A stretch of DNA of 64,000 bases, taken from assembly GCF_964204865.1 (NCBI RefSeq), contig NC_135261.1:10602001-10666000 (forward strand). The letters are read 5' to 3'. Each line of letters begins with the position of its first letter. Within the stretch, counting starts at the first letter, position 1. Below are positions 1-12,328 of this stretch, piece after piece. Origin of the DNA: Styela clava (lineage: Eukaryota). The notes beneath the pieces were generated by a model. That model was not told the DNA's origin, made no database searches, and worked only from the letters and a program-made list of their open reading frames with translations. The position numbers were made by a program, and so were the translations under genes.

Positions 1-256
1 GGAGAATTTACGCATCAAAGCACCTGTCGGTCTAACGGAAATTGGATACGAAGAAGATATATGCGAGTTCTGGGACAGTGTTGGATACTACATGGATCCT
101 ATTCCCCTTGCAACAACAACTGAAGATCCCCATACAGTTGGAAACAGTCAACCCGCAACTCCATTCATTCAAACGACAAGCAATGCTAATTCAATTACTA
201 TAACGTTATCTACCTTAACATTTATTCAAAGCTCTCTTTTAGCTATATTTAGATAG
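1..256 (+). CDS. Terminal exon (partial) of an upstream type-B carboxylesterase paralogue
   Basis: Frame 2 reads ENLRIKAPVGLTEIGYEEDICEFWDSVGYYMDPIPLATTTED...TTSNANSITITLSTLTFIQSSLLAIFR* (TAG 254-256). It aligns with the last exon at 6442-6734 ([40 protein letters not shown]). AATAAA at 300-305. Confidence 0.85.
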   Translation, partial: ENLRIKAPVGLTEIGYEEDICEFWDSVGYYMDPIPLATTTEDPHTVGNSQPATPFIQTTSNANSITITLSTLTFIQSSLLAIFR

Positions 257-1102
257 TAAGTAATGATAATGCTGATATTGAGCTTTATTTCGGATACCTA
301 ATAAAAAACTATCATTTCTACTTAGTTGACTGTGGTTGACGATTTTATGCAAACAGATGTAACAGAATGTTCCTATAAATATTTTTTTTTCGATGGTCAA
401 GGGATTTTTTACATAACTTTTAGGTTAGCGCCTTGAATACCACTTTCGTTTCTTTGTTCAGTACTTATTTGCGGTAGGCTGGGACTGGTAAACTTGCTCG
501 AAATTAGTTTGGATAATCGAATACATTTTGTATTTGTGGATTGGTATTCATTGCACACTATCGTACTCGTCAACTTACCTTATTACTCGAATAACGTGAT
601 TGGGCCCTATTTACTTACGGTAAACGACAGCAAACTGCGTTTAAATGTCTTCCAATTAGCTATACAAACGTCCACAACATCTCAATTATTAATCATTAAC
701 AGAACAGCATTGTTTCACGGATTTCACTGGTTGATAGAACAGTAAAGTATAGTTGATAGAAAGTGAATCAGCTTCGTCGAGTATGAATGGACCAGTCATA
801 CCGTGCGATTCATACTGAAATAGTGGGTTAAATTGACAAAGTATAAGTATATACATAAAGATCCGGTCAGTTATAGATTCAATACGATCGAATTGCAGAT
901 AGAGGTTTTATACAATTTAGATATAATTTGAGGTAGTTGATGTTTTCAGTGCATAAAAACTAGGGCAATGAATGAGAAGTATGTGTTTGAGTATATTTAA
1001 AAGTGAATATGGTTTGGTGGATATTTCAGTATTTAAACTGTATTTTTTTCATTTAATTATTAGATATTGAATAAGTAGGCTATAATAAGAATAAGACGAA
1101 AT

Positions 1103-4100
1103 ATGAGATTAGTGGTTTTTGCAGCTGTGATTCTATCTTTGTTGTATATTTCCAACGCGAATTCAGATTATGCCAAAAATTTAGCGGGTTTATTGGCTCA
1201 TCTTGCCCGGAAAGAAGATCTTTATCACGGACCAATCCATGTTGAAGACTATTCAAAAGTACATTTGCCCACTGATGTTTATAACGAAAAAGGTAAATAG
1301 GTATCTTGTTTTAAGCGTAATGACAAGTTGGAGTCTGGCTGGGCGGAATATTGTAAAAATAGCTATCTTCGAGAAGATTGTAGAACTTTTCGCCGTCACA
1401 GGGTGGTTGACCAAACTGAATGCCCGTTACGACATCGCCCGCTATTTAAGTTCACGCATCTCGAACGATAAACCGCGATGCAAATGTAAGGTTTTCCCAT
1501 GAACCTTTTGCAAATACTGCCAAATAACACATACCACACATTTAATCTTTTACAGCTCAGCGTGTGGGAGAATCAAATCCACTAGTTAATACAACTTCTG
1601 GTGAAGTTGAAGGTATATCTACAGCATTGGCTCATTCGTTTTACCAGATACCGTATGCTGAACCACCTGTCGGAGAATTGAGGTACCCTAATATTACAAA
1701 ATAAATAGATTAGGCATCAATACACGTACTACAGAAAAAAAAAAGATATATATTCCAGATTTCAACCTCCGATCCCTTTGCAAACTCCAAGAAAGATTGA
1801 TGCCACGAATGGAAACGGCCGGAGGTGCCACCAATTTGAGGGACCGAATTGTATTATAACACCAATCGGATGCGGTCGGAATGTATGTATCAGGCAATTA
1901 TTATCGACAAGATTATCAGATTATTACAAGATTATCAGTCTAAACAAAACAAACTATATCATTTTCAAGATTATTTTTAACTTTCGTTCAAATTCCAGAT
2001 GGATGAAGATTGCCTTCTGTTGAATGTCTATGTTCCAATCCACGTTAACTTGTCCGATCCTTCTGAACGTCCACATGACACACTGCCTGTTTTATTTTAC
2101 ATCCACGGTGGTTCGTTCAATAGTGGTTCAGGAACTGGCACGGATGGTCGAGAACTTGCAAATGTTACAAATACTGTTGTAGTAACGATAAATTATCGTC
2201 TTGGTGAGTTTGTTGGGCGGCACATAATGACAAGAGTTGGGATCAGGGGTCTATTCGCTGAACTTCGTAACCAATTAACATGTTAGTAAAGCGCCAACGT
2301 TTTCGTAAAAAGCGAAAATGACATTCACTAAGTAACGTGAAGATTCAAGAATTTTTTTCGCGCCAAATCAGACGTCTCGTAAAGTCGCGTATTCTCACAT
2401 TTTCTCGGGAATTGGAATTCGGCAACACACAAAAGCGCTCGCAAGCGAAAGAAGTCAAATTTTTTCCTCGTTAACAGTTCGGCCCGTTCTCAAAAGGGAT
2501 TCAACTTAAAAAAAAACTTTGCTTACTTCATATCAAATTGAGTTGTTATAGAGACAACACAATCCAGCTAACTGCAATGTTAAAAGATAGTCACAAAAGT
2601 CAACCATTTATGCTTACTTTGTCGAGACCATGCAGTAACTAACTGCCTCACTGCAAGACGGCTACCGGTATGCACACGGACTGGTCCCGATGGCATATTA
2701 ATAGCACAGTATTAATTACACCGATTACGGAATTACAAAATATTTATGAATCGCATATATAAGAGATTTTGCTTTTGCGCTTTTGATAGACTCAGTTACG
2801 TTCTCGTAAACCTCTAGCAAATGCCCTGGTCCAGGACCGATGCAATCAAAACAAGAGAGCGATAAAAATATGGACACTACAGATTGGTACCGGTACGACT
2901 TTAAGACACCAAGTTTGTTGAAAATCGGCGGACGAATTACCAAAATGCTCACTTTACATTAAAATGAAAACAGAAAAATTTGAAGTGAAATATCGGGAAC
3001 CATCGGACGCAGAATAGATCTGACAAAAATAAAAGATATAGCCATCTTCAACCATCTCGAAGAACTTGTTTGAGTTTAGCCAGAACATCAATCTTCTAAG
3101 ACACAAGGTGCCTTACGCATGTGTTGTAACAATGACAATTTTACACAATAATACTGCTCTTTCAATTCATAGGTCCGTTAGGTTTTCTGGTGCACAAAGA
3201 AGTCGGGAAACTGGACATTGAAGGGAATCAAGGGCTGAAAGATCAACAGCTAGCGTTGAAGTGGGTTCAGGACAATATTCCAAATTTTGGAGGCAATAAA
3301 TATGAGGTAAAATCTATTTCTTCTCTTGTACATTGAACATTTGTTCTCTTTCGTAAAATTCTTTGTCAATAATCGTATGACTGCAAACATTTACATTCCA
3401 TGGATTTTTGTTTATCTGCCTTAACACATTTCGGATAGAGTCCAGGTCACCTCACAAATAAATCATGTTAACTATCTCTTCTTGTTTGTAAATAGGTTTC
3501 AACAATTGTGTAGGATTCATCTGATACGAAAAACGACTTTTCTTCTGAACTAAATAATAGAGGGTTATTAGCTAAAAATGTTTGAAAGGGACTAGTCAAA
3601 CGCCTCCTATATGGTTGCTGAATCATAATAGATTTTTCTACCAACTAACCATTATGGAGTGAATACTGCTACAATCGTATATCTTAATACCATTTTTTAA
3701 GCAAGATTTGTATTAGGTATTTTTGCTTCATTTATTACACCTTTACCCATCATTAATTGCAGAAAGATCATACATTTTTTTATCTAATTTAATAGATTAC
3801 TTTATGAACACACTGTAAATGTAAGAGCTAATGATACACTAGTAATATCGATTAATTATGAGAAGAACGTTTTTCGGTAATTTTTCTCTGGCGCAGGTAA
3901 CAATATTTGGAGGAAGCGCTGGTGCTCAGTCTGTGATGTTTCATACACTTTCAAAAATCAGCGAACCGTTGTACGTAAGAGCAATTCAACAAAGCAACCC
4001 AGCGTATATTTCATTTCAAACTCCCGAAGAATCCCTTCAAATCACTGAATATGTCACCGACCGACTGTGCAATGTGTCTATTGAGACTGAAAGAGAATGT

Positions 4101-6734
4101 TTAATGTAAGAATGCTTGTAGTGCTGTATGTTTATGTACGCGTTTATTGAATCAAGAAATCAAGCCACATGGTCGCAAACTAATTACTAGAAAGCCCTTT
4201 GAATGGGACGTCCTGCCTGCACGTCGTTAGACGACAACCAAACCTAAATTTAGTATAGCAGTCAATATAATGTACATTATTTAGAAAAATTTCCGTATAA
4301 CTGGAGCGCTATGTGAACTAACATTCCATGGTAAGATCTGTAATGAGGAATGAAACTGAAAAACATTGTATATAGGCAATGAGGGAGATGTCTTGGGTAG
4401 AATGCGCAGTTGCAATTCCAAAATATCAAAAAAACAGGCTCATTATTTCGTTGAAAATCAATCGTTGTTACAGAAAGCATGCTACAAAAGATGTTAAAAT
4501 TGATACACGAAATAACTAGTAACCGACCATAGCGAATTTTGTTCCTACCCAATGCAAGATACAACCACTTCTACTATCCATATAAAATCTTCATGGGTTT
4601 TCTGCAGGAATGCAGATCCATTGGATCTTGTGAACAGGGAAGTTCCAGTGGTGATCCGAAGTTTGATTGCCGGTGATATAATGGGAATGAGCGAACCGTA
4701 TCGACCAGTCATTGATGGAGTTGAATTCACTGATCAACCAATGTCTTTATATCGGGATGGTAAATGGAATTCGTACAAAAGCATGATTATGGGCGTAAAT
4801 ACGCAGGAATTAGACGACATACCGTACTTTGTTCCTGATCCTGTTCCTACTGGAAAAACACTCTTCACGGTACCGTTTTTTCCGTTATTGTCCCCTTACA
4901 TTAAATAGATTATATGTGAACCAATTTGTTTTTGTAGCAACATACCTATTATTTTTTATTATAGACAACGTAAATTTAGACAAAATATATACCTAAAAAA
5001 TTTCTAGGTAAATATCATAAAATACATAAGTTTTCATTTCTTGTGATATTGTATTTTACCCGATCTTCGGAGGGAGTGAAAAGTTTTTTCTCCCCATCTA
5101 CAGACTCCTCACATTGTTTTTCAAGTACCGTCTAACTGATTTATTTACCTAGTAAAATCAATGACGGTTTTATTATGTATGCTTGCTCAAATTAAAAATT
5201 GATAGTCGGTCGAACAAGTCTGGATACAGGGGACGCAAGGCACCCCTGACGCTGGTTTAGGACATATATATATGAATATATCAATATTTGTACATATTCT
5301 TTTGAAAGAGGTGTTTAAAAATGCTTGTTGTATTGCACGAGACTTGTGAGTACTGTAAATCCTTAATGGCAAACATATTACTAGAAGAATGATTTCAAAA
5401 TCACATATTTTCAGCCACCACAAAATGAATAACAACTAATTTTGATTTTCAAAACTATAGCCGCGTTGTTTTGACAGATTGTTAACTATTACATTCTTGG
5501 ACCCGGAGATACTGACGCTGTTGTCAAGAAATACGAAGAAGCCTTTCCACCCGAAGGAGATGATTATGCACCTACATTTGGCAAGGAAATGAGCCATTTA
5601 TATTTTATCTGTCCAAGCCGTGCAATGGCAAGGTAAATTTGCATGTACGTGGTGCAATTGAAAAAAAAACCTAAGTACCCGAAATATATAGATTTTAGAT
5701 TCACTTCATATGTAACAATAATTGATATTTGATATATCATTTATTGCATTTTTGCAGATTTGCAGCGTTCACAGCGAAAGGTGACTCAAAAGTTTATTTT
5801 TATGCCAATGAACATCCAATACTAGATGGAAATTGCAAAGCAAAAAATAACGGAAGCGAGGAGGGATGCTACTTAGCTTCGCATGGAGATGAAATGCGTT
5901 TTGTTTTCAGATCAACGTAAGTCACTTGTCAAATATCATATTAATTAAAAGGATATATTATGTTATTAGTTCATTAAATGGTTTATTTTTACTACTTATT
6001 AACCAGTAACCTAGACTGAAACAAGCAAAATAATTTCAGAGGAAACCCTACAGACGATGATCAATCTGTTGAAAACCAATTTAGTACTTACTGGGGTAGC
6101 TTTGCTCGTATTGGAGAGCCTTCTAATGGGTTAGAAAACTCTCTTGGAGATTTTCCTGACTGGCCACAGTATTCGTCACCATCAATGGCAAAGTGGAAGT
6201 ATACTCGAAACAATTTTCAGGCGATGATTCATGCTTTTGATAAAGGTGAACTTAGGATGATTAATTTGCCAATAATTAAATTATGAATTGGAATACATAT
6301 TTAAAACTGCACGTGTTTGCAATCGTAGAGGTAGAAATCCGTTCATGTTGTAGTTTACAGGTAGCAAGAGTTATAGCTTTCATATCCTAAAAGCGTTTAA
6401 ATCTTCTAAACTAAACCATTTCATGATTTTTTTACACGAAGTAACAACAAACCATGACTGGGAAAGTCTGCGAATCAAAGCTCCGGAGGGTAAAATTGAG
6501 ACAGGATACGAACAGGATATATGTGACTTCTGGGACAGTATAGGATTCTATATGGATCCAATACCGTTACCGACAACAACAGCTACCGTAGTTACTGAAG
6601 ATGACGCAGGCCGAACGGATCCACCGATTTTCACAACGAGTAATGCAAGATCAGACTCTCAACATTCATTTATTTTTATTTTTTCCTGCCTGCTTCCAAT
6701 TTTATGGTTGAACTTGTATGTCCAGGAAGAGTAA
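1103..6734 (+). CDS. Type-B carboxylesterase (carboxyl/cholinesterase alpha/beta-hydrolase family), secreted, probably GPI-anchored; 11 exons, 687 aa
   Basis: Manual GT-AG model with consistent phases: 1103-1292, 1556-1682, 1759-1882, 1999-2203, 3173-3306, 3897-4105, 4608-4869, 5478-5632, 5758-5916, 6040-6245, 6442-6734 (2064 nt). Motifs: signal peptide, [71 protein letters not shown] (Ser), GVNTQE (Glu), SHGDE (His), YWGSFAR, Thr-rich stalk, hydrophobic C-terminus. Confidence 0.92.
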
Positions 6735-6880
6735 CCTATTATATTGATAACTGATAATAATACGTCATTTGTCTTAAATATAATATTTAATTACCTCATG
6801 AATTAATTATCTTTTCCTGTACTTAATTTCAGCTATCTGAGAATCACTCTACAATACATGAACTGACCTCTATCGACTTT

Positions 6881-6886
6881 AATAAA
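6881..6886 (+). terminator. Candidate poly(A) signal of the esterase
   Basis: AATAAA about 150 nt after the stop codon. Confidence 0.45.
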
Positions 6887-6896
6887 ATACACGCAG

Positions 6897-7245
6897 CTGA
6901 GAATTCGGATTAGTGATGCCCATTTATAAAATATTTTATTCTTGGCTTCAACCAGTTTCCCATTCAGTGATGTTGAAAACGTATTAAGCGTGATGCAACA
7001 AAAAGTGTCACATTAAATGTCATTTGTAATTTTTTTTTCTTAAGTAAAACGACTAGGTTGAGTTCACGAGTTGTCGCAGTCTTCGCGCGCTGCTTTAATT
7101 TTAAAATGTCAACATCTGATCTGATCAAAAAATTGCGATTAATCGGCCATGCGTTCGGTTTTTACCTTTCTAAAAATATGTGACACCCAAAAAGACTCGC
7201 AACCTTTAATTTTGGCCCGCGAGCGACAAAAGGTTGCCGACCTCG
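6897..7245 (+). mobile_element. Right-hand remnant of the same hAT element in U1 (left part deleted)
   Basis: Matches U2 14916-15281; junction acgcag|ctgaga. Confidence 0.7.
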
Positions 7246-7750
7246 TAAAGTTTTCTTGTATATAGTGCACAAATATCACCAGTATATTGTTAATATTACG
7301 TAATTGTGGAATTTGGCAAAAATATGATTGTTCTGAGACATTCTTTTTATTATAATTCCATTTCTCATCCAACGTCATTCCTGAACGTAACAGTTTGACC
7401 TGTATTTCCCATTTTGATTTCTTGTGCATCGCTCAAGGGGTCATCTAAAGTTATCAATTTTTAGAAGTACAATTTCAATGAGAAGTTTGAAAGAATCGGG
7501 TGTGCTTGAATAAGGATTTGGGATATGCATTTTCGACACAACAGCTTTTCCTACTATTTGCACCCTGGCGTTACTGGGCCGCAAATAAAGGAGGTTACAC
7601 GGTGTGTGAAGTATAACCGATGTTATTGCGTAATACAATTTTACATGTAAATGTATAGAAATAGTGTTCAATCCACACGTACTTTCAAATCCCAGTCACT
7701 AAGGATGCTTCTAACCACATTGTAACACTTCTATTTGCATTTGCTTAGAA

Positions 7751-7756
7751 TTTATT
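7751..7756 (-). terminator. Candidate poly(A) signal of the minus-strand gene (conserved in all units)
   Basis: tttatt on + reads AATAAA on -, about 110 nt past the stop. Confidence 0.5.
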
Positions 7757-7868
7757 GTCAATATCATCAGATGGTAAAGGAAATTGGCATAAATTCATCA
7801 GCCTAATCAAAAACTAAGATGAATAATATTTCCATGGTCGTTTGTCGTTCGGTTGATGTCGCCGGTGT

Positions 7869-10532
7869 TTATATACATCTGACATATCTGAAGCATCCGT
7901 CATACTTGACAATGCGGTAGGATTTGTACGTGCTAAAAATAGGATTATGTTAAACAGGAAAAAATCTGATTCAATTCAATTACAAAACTAACTAAGACTT
8001 ACCAGAATTGCTTGTAAGCAAAGCAATAAGAAGAAGACGTGGGCAACACGCAGCCATAATTATAGTTGATCTTAAGTTCTCCAAGTTGGACACAGTATGT
8101 ACATTTTAATCCACAAGCATAATGCTCCTTCAGATCACTGAGATGTTTCCCCCAGTCTTGTTCAATCTTGGTCACTATGTCGGTGTGTTCTTTCTTCGTT
8201 TTCTCTTCGTAGGCGTTGTACAATTTTTGAGCTTCGTTGCCGAGGGGTTTGCCCATATAAAATTCAAGCAGTTTCAAATACTGTTCCGTTCTGAGTTGGG
8301 CAATCTAAACATTTTTGCAAGAATTATATAAATATATATACATATTTTAAACACAATTTCACACACACACACTCAACCTTTTCCAATCTTTCTGTAATGC
8401 ATTTCAGTCTTCTTTCAAACCGTTCCGATAAGCACTTTACGTAGCTTCCGATCTTTGTCTTTCTGGTAGATAGGCATGATGTATATTGTGCAACATATTT
8501 GGCAATTCGCTCATTGAGCCTTTGCTCGTGGCAACCAATCATGTCAGTGTATGCCCTGGAAGCGCGAGAAAGGCGCTCCCCAAGCTTTTTTTCATACTCT
8601 GCAATCACTTTTTTCTTTTGTTCGTCCAATGATTTCTGATATTCTTCTAGGGAAGTCAAGTTATCTGCTGTGATGCAATTGTTTCTGGAAATATAAAGAG
8701 CAACTGAGCCAAAAGTCATCTTATGATATACTTATTCATCGTGAAACTTACTGTACTAAGTAATTTGCTTTATAATACGTTATTAAACATTTGTGTCTCT
8801 CATCAACAATCTTTTTGAAAGACTCCAATGCCTTCTGATTAGTTATTTTTGCTTGCGCATACCAATCATCATATGTTTTCTTCATGGATTCAATTATTGT
8901 CTTAGCTTTATTATCAAGGTCTTCTTTGAATTTTTGTTCGATGATATTAACTTCATCTTAAGTGTAATAAAAACATTAAATTCAGTGAAACATAAAAACA
9001 ATTGAGCATAAGTTTAAGGACTTGCACTAACCGGTTTCACATTTTTTCAGCTCCTTGTATTTGATTGTCCTGTATTGGAATTTGTAGGTCAAGAAACGGA
9101 AGCAACTTCTTTGGGTGGTAATTTTGTACGTCCACCATTTCCCGATACTTCGACTATAAAGAAAAAACCAAGAGTAGAATTATATTGATATATACTATTT
9201 ACCTGCCATTTATTTATAATTACCAATTGGTGTAAAATTGACTTCTGCCAAAACAGAGAGTTCCGCCGTATGCGCACTGATAAGCGCATGCGTAGCTTTT
9301 TACAAGTTCTCCGATAGCTGCAGTTAGCTTCGCGGTGTATTCGTCCAACTGTGTTTGATATGATTGAGTTTCTTTAGTTTTGAAAGCCTGCAAAACTTCA
9401 TTAACGTCTGCTCCGTTCTAATCCTCAGAACCTAAATGTAAAGTTCCATTATGAATAAAAGTATGTGCAAAATTCGAAAGAATAGAAAAAACTCACAGTG
9501 GGCTCTGTATATGAGTTTTTGGAACACTTCAGATCTCTGTTTCACGATGGCTTCCATGACACATTTATATTTTGTCTCGTACTCTGTCACGCGCTTTTCG
9601 AGAACTTTTTTGTATTCTTCTATTTTAGCTAAACGAGTGTTGAAGCATGTAACAGACCTGAAATAAGAAAGGTTCGAATTTTTTGTTCTCTTGTAAACGA
9701 TCTTTTGAACTTACAGTAACCAACCTCTCCACAAGTTTTTTGTGATATTCCTGCACACAAGCGAATCTTTTCTGCATGTCCTCGTTATAATTTTTTTTTG
9801 CCTCTCCCAACAATGAATCTAGTTTTGTATTATATTTTTCAATAGCCTTCTTGTTGGTCTCCTTCATTTCTTCTGACTCTTCCTGCAATCCCGTAATTCT
9901 AAAAATTCACGATGTTAGTAATTTGAGTAAGAAAAGAATACGTAAGAAAGAATTGTAAGAAGAAATACAAACTTCAAATACTGCTTTGTATATTCCTCGA
10001 TAGCGTCTTCGTGCTTTGTCTTTGCCTCGGTATTTTGATTTGATGCAGTTTCAACCCAATCATCATATTTTTGTTGCATATCAAGATATATTTTATCGGC
10101 CACTTCTTTCAATTGTTTTTTAACTTTAGTTTCAAAAACAGCGACCGTCATCTCTATAATACAAAAATTCATGCCTAAAAATGTGTGTTTCTCAAATTAT
10201 TCAGCAAAACTTATCAAGATACAATTCAGAATTACCTTCGAATCCATCCTCTGTGCATTTCTCTCCTGGATAGCTCTTCAGAACATTAGAGTAATATTTC
10301 GTTGTGAACCAAGCAGGACAGTAGTAGCTTCGGAAACTGTAGCATCCGTAATTGATTCGGTAAAATTGTCCGACATTGTAAATAACATATCCGCAATGAC
10401 TCGGTTGGTATAGAGCGGCATTGGCAACCTGTAAACATTATCATTTAGGCAAAATTGATAAAAAGAAACGAAGGTCAATATTTATCAAATACTTACGGCC
10501 AAACAGCCTAGAAGTAACAATAAAATCTTCAT
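7869..10532 (-). pseudogene. Copy 1 of the secreted helical Tyr/Cys-rich protein gene; premature stop in exon 6
   Basis: Exons on the minus strand: 10532-10497, 10428-10236, 10153-9973, 9898-9725, 9657-9497, 9431-9224, 9153-9032, 8956-8752, 8684-8378, 8304-8003, 7932-7869 (1953 nt, phases consistent). The codon at 9420-9418 is TAG where all other copies have TGG. Confidence 0.8.
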
Positions 10533-10589
10533 GATCGTCTTTATTCAGGTTGTTGAACAACGACTTGTCGAATCCCTGTTGTGCGCTTG

Positions 10590-10597
10590 TATATATA
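10590..10597 (-). promoter_or_regulatory. Candidate TATA box of the minus-strand gene
   Basis: TATATATA about 60 nt upstream of the ATG at 10532. The AT-rich context makes this weak. Confidence 0.3.
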
Positions 10598-11064
10598 GGA
10601 TTTCTTCCCTCTCTTCAAAATCCAAGTACCAGCTCCGTTAGGTTTTGATGTTACTTTAGTGAGCGCTTGTCTCGACCACAATGATTGAAATTGTCGAAGC
10701 GCAACAAATGTTTACCTCGAATCGCTATGCTGTAGTTATAACAGAAAGTTTATTTCATTTAAATCTTCTATCAATGTGCATTTAGTAAAAATGTAATTGT
10801 TAGTTAGTCTTTTTATTGTGAAGTACATTATTTTTCAACTAATAAGATACCACCTCGACATAGCTATTCACTTTATCAGTACGCATTGTTTATATAAATA
10901 TAACTTCAGGGTTGAAGATAGTTAGTCAATAGCTATTACATCCAATTGAACAACATTACTAAAAAAAAATAGAAGTTTTTCAACAACACTTTATTTTTAT
11001 TATTCACTCTTTGGTATACGCATACAATTGTTTTAACAGCAAAATGTACGACTTTTGAATCATA

Positions 11065-12081
11065 GATTGATTGACGTTCTCATGCTTGACAGCGTCAATC
11101 AATCAAAATAATTTTCTGATCATATAAGCATTAACAATGTATCTGGAATAGCCATAATGAATGGACACTGTAATATGAGTTATTCGGACATGAATTTTGC
11201 ACACGAAGAATATTTCACTCGTTGTCAGTGGTATTGGAGTTGGGAACTATCTTTTCACCTCCAAAATGATAAAGCGGAAATTAGTGTAGAATACTCCAAT
11301 TAATTTAAAAATGAATTTTATGTTCTGTTTATTTGCTGGCATTTAAACATATATATATATCTAACGCCAACGACAACCTCTAAATGAAAAGATAACGTTT
11401 GTATTAATATCGGGATCGACACAAAACAGAATTATACAGAACTCAACGACGTTCGTCGACAACACCAATAAAGTCGAAATATCCAGTTTCATAACGTTTC
11501 GTCATAGGTCTCAAAGTCGAAAATTTTATTTCCGAATTCGGAATTCTCAAAACATTCGAATCCTACTTGAACTATGTAAAGTTGAAAAGTACTAAATATT
11601 TTTAGTGTATTTCCATCATATTCAAGGCAAAAACACAAAATGTTGAAATAAATACCAATTTTGAATATTTATATATTTATAATCAAGAGCTGTCATATAT
11701 CACAAATAAACCATTTGTTTTTGACGAAGCACTCATATCCTTATGTTAGAACAAGCAGTTTATTTTGCATATTCGTATGCAAGTAAACCGTTGATGTTTC
11801 GATAGATTGATTGACGTTGTCATTCTCCGAGAATACTGAATCCCAAAAGAATATTTCAACTACTTACCTAGCATCTAGCGGACAGTTTCATATCGGGCGC
11901 CTTTAAATATATGGACTTTAAGATATTTTTTTTGCAATTCGAAACAAATTTCCAAACATCATCAATATTTCCCGGATTCTCCTCATGCATAAATATTTCT
12001 ATTTCTGAAAATATTCAATATGCTAATGTGCAGCTCGACTTTTGACTCGCTTCAAATATTGTTTGACAACGTCAATCAAAC
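11065..12081. repeat. Four copies of an 18-mer (consensus gattgattgacgttgtca) in alternating orientation, repeated at the end of U1-U6
   Basis: Forward at 11065-11082 and 11805-11822; reverse at 11087-11104 and 12064-12081. Confidence 0.85.
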
Positions 12082-12328
12082 AAAAAATGTCATTGTTTAG
12101 ATAATAGATGCTCAAAAATTGTATGCGAAACAATGTTTGTGATTGCACCCTGGAAGAAGTGGATAATTGAGAATCGAAGGTCAGCCATCATCAGAATTTG
12201 TTAGAACTCGTCAGTTGTCAAATATCATATTAATTAAAAGGATATATCATGATATTAGTTCATGAAATGGTTTATTTTTACTGCCTAATAACCCGTAACC
12301 AAGACTGAAACAAGCAAATTAATTTCAG

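Noticed and set aside
2244-3090. GC-richer stretch in esterase intron 4 as a defined MITE
   Set aside because: Probably repeat-derived, but I could not match convincing TIRs or a TSD.
8122-10478. Plus-strand and off-frame ORFs (e.g. 8122-8331, 8793-9005, 9089-9289, 9451-9666, 10171-10413, 10278-10478) and their repeats in each unit
   Set aside because: They are antisense or wrong-frame shadows of the real minus-strand exons, and recur only because the DNA is duplicated.
10715-10900. Additional upstream coding exon for the minus-strand gene
   Set aside because: A possible donor lies near 10715, but I found no convincing open frame leading into it, and the signal peptide already starts at 10532. 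At most a non-coding exon.
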